Assembly (NCBI GenBank): GCA_035605615.1
Contig: DASTHF010000199.1
Location: 1 to 50,252 of the forward strand
DNA from: Solirubrobacterales bacterium
GTDB lineage: Bacteria > Actinomycetota > Thermoleophilia > Solirubrobacterales > 70-9
Length of the DNA stretch: 50,252 nt
Direction of reading: 5' to 3'
The notes under the pieces: generated by a model
What the model saw: only the letters and a program-made list of their open reading frames with translations
Databases searched by the model: none
What the model was told of the DNA's origin: nothing
Translations under genes and position numbers: made by a program
In this document: positions 18,875 to 26,538 of the stretch, in pieces
How the letters are laid out: each line of letters opens with the position of its first letter
Position numbering within the stretch: position 1 is the first letter of the stretch

Positions 18875-19726
18875 ATGGCGACTGTAGGCTCCGCCTCCGT
18901 CATGGCCCAGACCTGCTACCGGCATCCGAACCGGGAGACCGGCGTCTCCTGCTCCTCCTGCGGGCGGCCGATCTGCCCCGACTGCATGACGCCGACGCCG
19001 GTTGGCATGCGCTGCCCGGAGTGCGCCAGGCAGCGCACGCGGGTTACACGTGGCGTCGGCGAGGCGTCGCTGCTCCACGCCGCGCCCGCGACCTTCGTCC
19101 TGATCGCGCTCAACGTCGCTGCTTTTCTTGCCGAGATCGCCGGGGGCGGCGGCGGGCTCGGCAGCAGCGGCAGCTCTGTGATCGACAACTTCGGGTTGCG
19201 CGGCGACTCGGTCGCGAACGGCGAGTGGTACCGGTTGGTTACCGGGGGCTTCCTGCACGCCGGCCTCCTCCACATCGGCTTCAACATGTTCGCCCTCTTC
19301 ATCCTCGGCCGCCTGCTGGAGCCGGCGATCGGCACCCCGCGTTTCGTCGCCCTCTACTTCGCCTCGCTGTTCGCCGGCTCGTTCGGGGCGATCCTCCTCA
19401 CCGATCCCGCCCAGGTCACGGTCGGCGCCTCGGGGGCGATCTTCGGAATCTTCGGCGCCGCCTTCGTGATTGCCCGCGGCCGCGGCCTCAGCGCGATCGC
19501 CTCGCAGCTTGGCTTCGTCCTGCTGATCAACCTCGCCTTCACCTTCGGGGTTCGGGGGATCAGCGTCGGCGGCCACCTCGGCGGCCTCGCCGCCGGGCTT
19601 CTCTGCGGTTTCGTGGTCATTGCCGGGGAGCGTGGAAGGCTGGGGCGCAATGCCCTTGCCGCGGAGCTGGCCGCGATGGTCGCCGTCGCGGTCGTCTCGA
19701 TCGTCGCGGCGCTGGCGATCGCCTGA
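18875..19726 (+). CDS. rhomboid-family intramembrane serine protease with N-terminal Cys-rich zinc-ribbon
   Basis: EWYRLVTGGFLH, HIGFN, catalytic GASGAIFG and GHLGG. The N-terminus is CYRHP..CSSCGRPICPDC..RCPEC. It starts 4 nt after the preceding stop. Confidence 0.9.
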   Translation: MATVGSASVMAQTCYRHPNRETGVSCSSCGRPICPDCMTPTPVGMRCPECARQRTRVTRGVGEASLLHAAPATFVLIALNVAAFLAEIAGGGGGLGSSGSSVIDNFGLRGDSVANGEWYRLVTGGFLHAGLLHIGFNMFALFILGRLLEPAIGTPRFVALYFASLFAGSFGAILLTDPAQVTVGASGAIFGIFGAAFVIARGRGLSAIASQLGFVLLINLAFTFGVRGISVGGHLGGLAAGLLCGFVVIAGERGRLGRNALAAELAAMVAVAVVSIVAALAIA

Positions 19727-19750
19727 GCGTCGGCCCGCCGCGGCCGCCCC

Positions 19751-20290
19751 TCAGGGCGCGCGCAGCTCTTCGAAGCGGACGTTGCCGGGCGGGTCGATCA
19801 GGTCCGGATGCAGCAGGTGCCCGAGCAGCTCGACTCCGTCGACCAGGCGCGGCCCGGGATTGGCGAAGACCGATCCCTCGACGACCACGTTCCGCGCCGC
19901 GCCGAGGGCGGCGATCCGCTCCCAGTGCTCCATCGCCTGCGCCCGCCCGTTCTCCAGCGAGGCGTCGAGCATGACGACGACGACGTCCGCCCCGAGGCTC
20001 TCCAGCTCGCCCCAGCCGACGCTCGGAGGGCTCAGCCCCGGGTCGCCGGCGACGTCCTCGCCTCCCGCGATCGAGATCATCTCCGGCACCCAGTAGCCGC
20101 CGACGCGCGGCGGGTCGAGGCGCTGGAGGGCGATCACGCGGGGGCTGCCGGCGCCGGCGAGGGCGGCCCGCATGGCCGCCAGCCTGCCCTCGAGCTCGCC
20201 GCGCAGCTCGCGCGCGTGCTCTTCCATCCCGGTCGCCTCGCCCAGCCGGACGACCTCTTCGAGCATCTCGCTGAGCGTTGCGACCCGCAT
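19751..20290 (-). CDS. TroA/BtuF-type (class III) substrate-binding protein, C-terminal lobe only; possible gene remnant
   Basis: The 179 aa align by eye to the backbone helix plus second lobe of BtuF/FhuD-like proteins (PRVIAL..PP.VGGYWVPEMISIAGGEDV...ADVVVV). The signal peptide and first lobe are missing. Only 108 nt remain before the next gene. Confidence 0.5.
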   Translation of the reverse strand: MRVATLSEMLEEVVRLGEATGMEEHARELRGELEGRLAAMRAALAGAGSPRVIALQRLDPPRVGGYWVPEMISIAGGEDVAGDPGLSPPSVGWGELESLGADVVVVMLDASLENGRAQAMEHWERIAALGAARNVVVEGSVFANPGPRLVDGVELLGHLLHPDLIDPPGNVRFEELRAP

Positions 20291-20398
20291 GCGGCGCCCA
20301 ATATCGCATCGTCCCCGCTCCAGCGGGGCTGAAAGCTATATTTCTTCGGGCCGAATGGCCGAAGCCGACCTCCCCCGAAGTATCGGGTCACATAGCCG

Positions 20399-21691
20399 AT
20401 GAGCGTCCTCCTGCTCGTCCTGCTGTTCCTGCTGGTAGCCGTCAACGGCTTCTTCGTCGCGGCGGAGTTCGCGCTGGTCCGCAGCCGGCGGGGCCGGCTG
20501 GAGCAGCTCGCCAAGGAAGGCGAGGCCGGCGCCGAGGCGGTGATCGAGCAGCTGGAGCGGATCGACGAGTCGCTCTCCGCCTGTCAGGTCGGCATCACGA
20601 TGGCCTCGATCGGGATCGGCTTTCTCGGCGAGCCTTCGCTGGCGAAGCTGATCGAGCCGGTCTTCGGCGGCCTCTCGCACGAGGTGGCGGCCGCCCTGGC
20701 GGTGGTGCTCGCCTTCGCGCTGGTCACCGCGATCCACATCAGCATCGGCGAGCAGGTGCCGAAGATGCTGGCGATCAGCGACGCCGAGCGCATGGCGCGC
20801 CGCGTCTCGCGGCCGCTCAACCTGTTTCGCGCGATGACGCTGCCGGTGACGATCGGGCTGAGCGCCGTCTCCAACGCGATCGTCCGCCTCTTCGGCGTCA
20901 ACCCCGCCGATCTCGAGGAACGCCACACCGCGGAGGACCTGAAGCAGATCATCGACCGCTCGAGCCTGGGGGGGACGCTCGACCCCGGCGAGGCGGGGAT
21001 GCTCGGCGGCGTCTTCCACCTCCACGAGCAGGAGGCGCGCGAGGTGATGACCCCGATCCCGGCGGTGGTCACGGTCGACGCCTCCGAGTCGGTCGAGGCG
21101 GCGCTGCGCCGCTGCGTCGCCTCCGGCCACACGCGGCTGGTCGCGATCGAGGACGAGAACCCCGATCGGGTGCGGGGGATCGTCCACAACAACAGCCTCG
21201 CCCGCCTCTACATGAGCGCCGGGCCGGAGTCGACGATCGAGCCGGCGATCCGCGACGCGGTGATCGTTCCCGAGACCCGTCCCCTCGACGACCTGCTCCA
21301 CGACCTCCAGGTGCAGCGCACCTCGCTCTCGATCATCGTCGACGAGTACGGCCGCACGGTCGGGATCGTCACCGTCGAGGACATCCTCGAGGAGGTGGTG
21401 GGGGAGATCGAGGACGAAACCGACCCCCGCGCCTCGGCGCTGCGCCGCCTGGCGAACGGCGAGTGGTTCGTGCGCGGTCACGTCTCGCTCGGCGACCTCT
21501 CCGACGCCGGGATCGAGCTGCCGGTCGACAGCGACGCCTACAACTCGATCGGCGGCTACGTCTTCGCCGAGCTGGGGCGGCTGCCGCAGCGCGGCGACAC
21601 GTTGACCGCCAACGGCTACACGATCCGGGTCGAGTCGGTGCGGGAGAATCGCGTCGAGGCAGTGCGGATCAGGGGCGCCGACTACGAGTAG
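20399..21691 (+). CDS. CNNM/HlyC-CorC family transporter (DUF21 + CBS pair + CorC_HlyC)
   Basis: The N-terminal LVAVNGFFVAAEFALV is the DUF21 signature. CBS-pair region: VMTPIPAVVTV...; IVDEYGRTVGIVTVEDILEEVVGEI. The C-terminal transporter-associated domain is also present. Confidence 0.9.
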   Translation: MSVLLLVLLFLLVAVNGFFVAAEFALVRSRRGRLEQLAKEGEAGAEAVIEQLERIDESLSACQVGITMASIGIGFLGEPSLAKLIEPVFGGLSHEVAAALAVVLAFALVTAIHISIGEQVPKMLAISDAERMARRVSRPLNLFRAMTLPVTIGLSAVSNAIVRLFGVNPADLEERHTAEDLKQIIDRSSLGGTLDPGEAGMLGGVFHLHEQEAREVMTPIPAVVTVDASESVEAALRRCVASGHTRLVAIEDENPDRVRGIVHNNSLARLYMSAGPESTIEPAIRDAVIVPETRPLDDLLHDLQVQRTSLSIIVDEYGRTVGIVTVEDILEEVVGEIEDETDPRASALRRLANGEWFVRGHVSLGDLSDAGIELPVDSDAYNSIGGYVFAELGRLPQRGDTLTANGYTIRVESVRENRVEAVRIRGADYE

Positions 21692-22509
21692 TCGTAGAAG
21701 CCGGCGCCGGACTTGCGCCCGAGCTTGCCCTCGCCGACCATCTCGACGATCAGACCGGGCGGCTTGTGGGCGGGCTCGGAGGAGTCGGCGTAGAGGGCGT
21801 CGCCGATCGCCTCGGCGACGTCGAGGCCGACGAAGTCGAGCAGCGCCAGGGGCCCCATCGGGTGGCCGGCCCCGAGCTTCATGCAGGTGTCGACCTCGCC
21901 CGCCTCCATGCCGGTTCGCTCCAGCATCCGCACGGCGTCGAAGAGGTAGGGGAAGAGGAGGCGGTTGACGACGAAGCCGGCCTGGTCGGGGACCTCGACG
22001 GCCGTCTTGCCGAGCGCCGCGCACCAGGCGAGCGCCCGCTCGCGCGTCTCCTCGCCGACGCCCTCGGGGAAGCAGACCTCGACCAGCTGCATGCGCGGCA
22101 CCGGGTTGAAGACGTGGAGGCCGAAGAGCTTGCCGGGGATTCCGGCGGCCGCGGCGATCTCGGCGACGCTCAGCGAGGAGGTCGTGGTGGCGAGCTGGGC
22201 TTTGGGACAGGCCTCGGCGACCTTCGCCAGGACCTCGCCCTTCGGCCCGACTTCCTCGATCACCGACTCGACGATCACGTCGCAGTCGGCGAGGTCGGCC
22301 GGGTTGGTGGTGACGCGCAGCCGCGAGGGGTCGGCGCCCTCGATCTTGGCGCAGGCCGCGACGGCCTTCTCCTCGGCCCGCCAGGCCGAGGCCTCGCTGC
22401 GGGCGAGCAGGATCGTGTCGGCGGTCGTCGTGCAGACGGCCGCCAGGCCGGTCGCAATCGCGCCGCTGCCGGCGATTCCCGGCGCCTCGTATCCCTGCTT
22501 GCCGCTCAT
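21682..22509 (-). CDS. hbd: 3-hydroxybutyryl-CoA / 3-hydroxyacyl-CoA dehydrogenase
   Basis: NAD-binding GIAGSGAIATGLA, ESVIEEV..K, TTSSLSV, HVFNPVPRMQLVEV, AGFVVNRLLFPYL and GHPMGPLALLDFVGLD. Confidence 0.9.
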   Translation of the reverse strand: MSGKQGYEAPGIAGSGAIATGLAAVCTTTADTILLARSEASAWRAEEKAVAACAKIEGADPSRLRVTTNPADLADCDVIVESVIEEVGPKGEVLAKVAEACPKAQLATTTSSLSVAEIAAAAGIPGKLFGLHVFNPVPRMQLVEVCFPEGVGEETRERALAWCAALGKTAVEVPDQAGFVVNRLLFPYLFDAVRMLERTGMEAGEVDTCMKLGAGHPMGPLALLDFVGLDVAEAIGDALYADSSEPAHKPPGLIVEMVGEGKLGRKSGAGFYDYS

Positions 22510-22553
22510 CAGGTCGGGTTTCCTATCACACGGCCCCGTCTGGCCACCCTGGC

Positions 22554-22570
22554 TGACTGACCAGTCAATC
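22554..22570. promoter_or_regulatory. palindromic operator candidate, site A (TGAcTGACCAGTCAaTC)
   Basis: It lies in the divergent hbd/thiolase intergenic region. It shares the 10-nt core TGACCAGTCA and flanking TGA/TC with site B at 30058-30075. The arms TGAC/GTCA and GA/TC are self-complementary. A TATCTT -10 candidate follows at 22574-22579. Confidence 0.45.
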
Positions 22571-22594
22571 CTCTATCTTGGCCTCATAGCCCAC

Positions 22595-22639
22595 TCCGCT
22601 GTTCCTTTGCCGCTCTATACGCGGATAAGGAACAGCGGA
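22595..22639 (+). promoter_or_regulatory. 13-bp perfect inverted repeat (plus 4 inner bp) in the thiolase leader
   Basis: TCCGCTGTTCCTT (22595-22607) pairs with AAGGAACAGCGGA (22627-22639). The inner pairing is CCGC/GCGG, and the loop is TCTATAC. It ends 1 nt before ATG 22640. Confidence 0.5.
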
Positions 22640-22675
22640 ATGAAGAGGCGCGAGACGAAACGGATGGAGGCGGCG

Positions 22676-23863
22676 ATGGCGGAGAACGGCAAGGGAAGGT
22701 TCGGCGGGCGCGAGGTGGTGATCGTCGAGGTGGTCCGCATCCCGATCGGCCGTGGCCACGCGGAGAAGGGCTACTACCGCGATGTCCACCCCTCCAACCT
22801 GCTCGCCAAGGTCTTCTCCGAGGTGATCGCGCGGGCCGGCATCGACCCAGCCGAGGTCGAGGACGTGGTCGCCGGCTGCGTGCAGCAGTTCGGCGAGCAG
22901 GGCCTCAACATCGGCCGCAACGCCTGGCTCGAGGCCGGGCTGCCGATGGAGACGCCGGCCACGACGGTCGACCGCCAGTGCGGCTCCGCCCAGCAGGCCG
23001 TCAACTTCGCCGCGGCGCTGATCGCCTCCGGCGTCCACGACGCGATGATCGGCGGCGGCGTCGAGCACATGGGCCACATCTCCTTCGCCGACAGCTTCGC
23101 GGTGATGCAGGAGCACGGCATGGCCTTCTCGCCGCAGCTGATGGAGCGCTACGACCTGGTGCCGCAGGGGATCTCGGCGGAGATGATCGCCGACAAGTGG
23201 GAGATCCCCCGCTCGGAGCTCGACGAGCTCGGCCTGCGCTCGCACCAGCTCGCCGCGCGGGCGACCGAGGAGGGCCGCTTCGAGCGCGAGATCGTCCCCT
23301 TCAGCGTCAACGGCGACACCTACGTCACCGACCAGGGCATCCGCCCCGACACCTCGCTCGAGAAGCTCTCGCAGCTGAAGCCGGCCTTCAAGGAGGACGG
23401 CAAGGTGACCGCCGGCAACTCCTCCCAGGTCTCCGACGGCGCCGCCGCGGTGCTGCTGATGGCGCGTGAGAAGGCCGACGCGCTGGGACTGAAGCCGCGG
23501 GCGCGGATCTACGACCAGACGACGGTCGGCGTCGACCCCGTGATCATGCTGACCGGGCCGATCCCGGCGACGAGGAAGCTGCTGGAGCGCAACGGGATGA
23601 CGATGGACGACATCGACCTGGTCGAGATCAACGAGGCCTTCGCCTCGGTCGTCGCCGCCTGGCGGCGCGAGCTGGAGCCGGACATGGACCGCGTCAACGT
23701 CAACGGCGGCGCGATCGCGCTCGGCCACCCGCTCGGCTCGACCGGTGCCCGCCTGATCACCACCCTGCTCCACGAGATGGAGCGCTCCGACAAGGAGATG
23801 GGGCTAGTGACTATGTGCTGCGGCGGCGGTCTCGGAACTGGGACGCTGATCCAGCGGATCTGA
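22676..23863 (+). CDS. acetyl-CoA C-acyltransferase (thiolase)
   Basis: [14 protein letters not shown], the active-site [32 protein letters not shown] and [12 protein letters not shown] 22676 is preferred because GGAGG lies 4-5 nt upstream. In-frame alternatives are ATG 22664 and ATG 22640. Confidence 0.9.
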   Translation: MAENGKGRFGGREVVIVEVVRIPIGRGHAEKGYYRDVHPSNLLAKVFSEVIARAGIDPAEVEDVVAGCVQQFGEQGLNIGRNAWLEAGLPMETPATTVDRQCGSAQQAVNFAAALIASGVHDAMIGGGVEHMGHISFADSFAVMQEHGMAFSPQLMERYDLVPQGISAEMIADKWEIPRSELDELGLRSHQLAARATEEGRFEREIVPFSVNGDTYVTDQGIRPDTSLEKLSQLKPAFKEDGKVTAGNSSQVSDGAAAVLLMAREKADALGLKPRARIYDQTTVGVDPVIMLTGPIPATRKLLERNGMTMDDIDLVEINEAFASVVAAWRRELEPDMDRVNVNGGAIALGHPLGSTGARLITTLLHEMERSDKEMGLVTMCCGGGLGTGTLIQRI

Positions 23864-25324
23864 CTCCAGCACGTACTCGGCGGGATCGAAGCGCCGGGTC
23901 GCCTGCCGGAAGCTCCATGAGGTTCCCGGCCAGAGGGTCGTGTTGCGGCCGTGCTCGTCGAGGTACCAGCTGGCGCAGCCGCCCTCGGTCCAGACCGTGC
24001 CGCGCATGCGCGCCTGCAGCTGCTCGTTGAAGGCGGTCTGCGCCTCGGGGCGGACGTCGAAGACGGCGGCGCCGCGGGCGTCCATCGTGCGCAGCGCGTC
24101 CATCGCGTAGGCGAGCTGCGACTCGATCATGAAGACGATCGAGTTGTGGCCGAGGCCGGTGTTGGGCCCGACCAGCATGAAGAGGTTGGGGAAGCCGGCC
24201 ATGGTCGTTCCCCGCAGCCCCTGGACTCCGTGCTCGCGCCAGAGGTCTCCGAGGCATCTCCCAGCGCGACCACGAACGAGATGGCTGAACGGCATCTCGG
24301 TGACCCGGAAGCCGGTTCCCCAGACGATCGTGTCGACCGGGTGCTCGCGACCGTCGGCGGTGATCACGCTGCGGGGCCGAACCTCGACGACGGCCTCGGT
24401 CACCAGCTCGACATTCGGCCGCTGGAGCGCCGGGTAGTACTCGTCCGAGAGAAGGATCCGCTTGCAGCCGATCTCGTAGTCGGGGGTGAGCTTGGCGCGC
24501 AGCTCCGGGTCGGTTACCTGCTTGGCGAGATGCCGGAGCGCCATCCGCTCCGGGAAGCGCCTGAACCGCCTGCGCTTGAACGGCACGACGTAGAGCTCCC
24601 GGCCCCAGTAAACGGCGCCCCGCACCGCCTTCTGGACGAGCGGCAGGCGGCGGAAGAGGCGCTTCTCAGCGGCTCGGACGGGGCGGCCCGGGTGGGGCAT
24701 GATCCACGGCGGCGTGCGCTGGAACACGCTCAACTTGCCCGCGAGGGTCTGGATGTGGGGGACGACCTGGATCGCCGAGGCGCCGGTGCCGACCACGGCC
24801 ACGCACTTGCCGGCGAGGTCGTGGTCGTGGTCCCAGCGGGCGGTGTGGAAGGCGGCGCCCTCGAAGCTGTCGAGCCCGGGAAGGCTGGGAATGGACGGCT
24901 CGCAGATCCCGCCGGCCCCGGCGACCAGCACGCGTGCGGTGAGCTCGCCGCTGGACGTCTCGATCCTCCACCGCATCGCGGCCTCGTCCCAGGTGCAGCC
25001 TTCGACCTCGCAGCCCAGGCGGATGCGTGGCCGGATCCCGAAGTCGTCGGCGACCTTGCGCAGGTAATCCCAGATCTCCGGCTGCATCGCGAAGGTCTTG
25101 CTCCAGCCCGGGTTGGGCGCGAAGGAGAACGAGTAGAGGTTGGAGGGCACGTCGCACTGGCAGCCGGGATAGGTGTTGGCCTGCCAGGTGCCGCCGACCT
25201 CCTCGGCCCGCTCCAGCACGACGAAGTCGTCGCGCCCCGCCTGCTTCAGCTCGATCGCCATTCCCAGCCCGGCGAAGCCGGCACCGACGATGGCGACGTC
25301 GATGTGGGTGGGCAGGGGCTCCAT
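23804..25324 (-). CDS. type I Baeyer-Villiger flavin monooxygenase
   Basis: [10 protein letters not shown] (FAD), [18 protein letters not shown], the BVMO fingerprint [11 protein letters not shown], and VVGTGASA (NADP). The start is set at MEPLPTH; the 95 upstream codons of the tracked ORF are rejected. Confidence 0.85.
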   Translation of the reverse strand: MEPLPTHIDVAIVGAGFAGLGMAIELKQAGRDDFVVLERAEEVGGTWQANTYPGCQCDVPSNLYSFSFAPNPGWSKTFAMQPEIWDYLRKVADDFGIRPRIRLGCEVEGCTWDEAAMRWRIETSSGELTARVLVAGAGGICEPSIPSLPGLDSFEGAAFHTARWDHDHDLAGKCVAVVGTGASAIQVVPHIQTLAGKLSVFQRTPPWIMPHPGRPVRAAEKRLFRRLPLVQKAVRGAVYWGRELYVVPFKRRRFRRFPERMALRHLAKQVTDPELRAKLTPDYEIGCKRILLSDEYYPALQRPNVELVTEAVVEVRPRSVITADGREHPVDTIVWGTGFRVTEMPFSHLVRGRAGRCLGDLWREHGVQGLRGTTMAGFPNLFMLVGPNTGLGHNSIVFMIESQLAYAMDALRTMDARGAAVFDVRPEAQTAFNEQLQARMRGTVWTEGGCASWYLDEHGRNTTLWPGTSWSFRQATRRFDPAEYVLESDPLDQRPSSETAAAAHSH

Positions 25325-25349
25325 CGGGGTCGCGTAGTCTTCCAGGCCG

Positions 25350-26525
25350 ATGGACCTGAGCCTCTCGCCATCCGAGCGCGAGTTCCGCGACGAGGTTCGG
25401 GCCTGGCTGGAGGCGAACCATCCCGGGCCGGAGCCGGAGGGGCTGGAGGAGGTGATGGCCTTTCGCCGCGTGTGGCAGCGCAAGCTGCACGAGGCGGGCT
25501 GGGCCGGGATCTCCTGGCCGCAGGAGTACGGCGGGCGGGGCGCGACGCTGATCGAGCAGGCGATCTTCGCCGGCGAGATGGCCCGCGCCGAGGCGCCCAG
25601 CCCGGCCAACGTGCTCGGCCTCGCGATGGGCGGCCCGGTCGTGATCGCGCACGGGACGGAGGAGCAGAAACAGCGCTACCTGGAGCCGATCCTCTCCGCC
25701 GAGGAGATCTGGTGCCAGGGCTTCTCGGAGCCGGAGTCGGGCTCCGACCTCGCCTCGCTGAAGACCCGCGCCGTCAGGGACGGCGACGAATGGGTGGTCA
25801 CCGGGCAGAAGGTGTGGACGACCTTCGCCCAGTTCGCCAAGTGGTGCATGCTGGTCGCCCGCACCGACCCCGACGCTCCCAAGCACAAGGGCCTCACCTA
25901 CTTCCTGATGGACATGGAGCAGCCCGGGGTGCAGGTCCGCCCGCTGGTCCAGATCACCGGCGAGGGCGAGTTCAACGAGCTCTTCATGGAGGAGGCGCGG
26001 ATCCCCGACGCCAACGTGGTCGGCGGCGTCGGCAACGGCTGGGCGGTGGCGATCACGACGCTGATGAACGAGCGCGCCGGGCTCGCCTTCGGGGCGATCG
26101 CGCAGATCGCCAACAGCCTCAAGCGGCTGGGCGAGCTGGCCAGGAGCACGCCGCTGGACGGCGGTACGGCGGCCGACGACCCCGTCTACCGCCAGCGCAT
26201 CGCCCAGCTCCACATCGAGGCGGAGACGATGCGGCTCAACGCTTACCGGGGATTGACCAAAGCGATGCAGTCGGGAATCCCCGGCCCGGAGGGCTCGCTC
26301 GGCAAGTGGCAGTGGGCCGACATCAACCAGGCGATCGCCGAGCTGGCGCTCGACATCGAGGGCGCCTACGCGCGGCTCGGCCGGGGCGCCGAGCACGCCG
26401 TCGCGAACGGCGCCTGGCAGTACGGCTTCCTGCGCTCGCGCGCCAACTCGATCGAGGGCGGCACCACCGACATCCTCCGGAACATCATCGCCGAGCGGGT
26501 GCTCGGCCTGCCGAGGCTGCGCTGA
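25350..26525 (+). CDS. acyl-CoA dehydrogenase (Glu-containing subunit of an adjacent pair)
   Basis: Typical ACAD N-terminus (LSPSEREFRDEVRAWL), CQGFSEPESGSDLASL, and a C-terminal SIEGGTTDILRNIIAERVLGLP with Glu at the usual catalytic-base position. TAGTCT lies 9 nt upstream of the ATG. Confidence 0.9.
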   Translation: MDLSLSPSEREFRDEVRAWLEANHPGPEPEGLEEVMAFRRVWQRKLHEAGWAGISWPQEYGGRGATLIEQAIFAGEMARAEAPSPANVLGLAMGGPVVIAHGTEEQKQRYLEPILSAEEIWCQGFSEPESGSDLASLKTRAVRDGDEWVVTGQKVWTTFAQFAKWCMLVARTDPDAPKHKGLTYFLMDMEQPGVQVRPLVQITGEGEFNELFMEEARIPDANVVGGVGNGWAVAITTLMNERAGLAFGAIAQIANSLKRLGELARSTPLDGGTAADDPVYRQRIAQLHIEAETMRLNAYRGLTKAMQSGIPGPEGSLGKWQWADINQAIAELALDIEGAYARLGRGAEHAVANGAWQYGFLRSRANSIEGGTTDILRNIIAERVLGLPRLR

Positions 26526-26538
26526 GCGGGGAGCGGCC

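Noticed and set aside
20278-22560. Long alternative-frame ORFs (20278-22560 plus strand, 20336-22024 minus strand) over the CNNM and hbd genes
   Set aside because: These are shadow frames rich in Arg, Gly and Pro. The CNNM and Hbd frames carry diagnostic motifs.
23804-23863. 60-nt convergent overlap of the thiolase and BVMO 3' ends; also a 10-nt overlap of the CNNM and hbd ends at 21682-21691
   Set aside because: Both proteins have normal lengths and complete C-terminal motifs. The overlap most likely reflects a late stop codon in GC-rich DNA rather than a regulatory antisense arrangement or an error. It cannot be resolved without transcript data.
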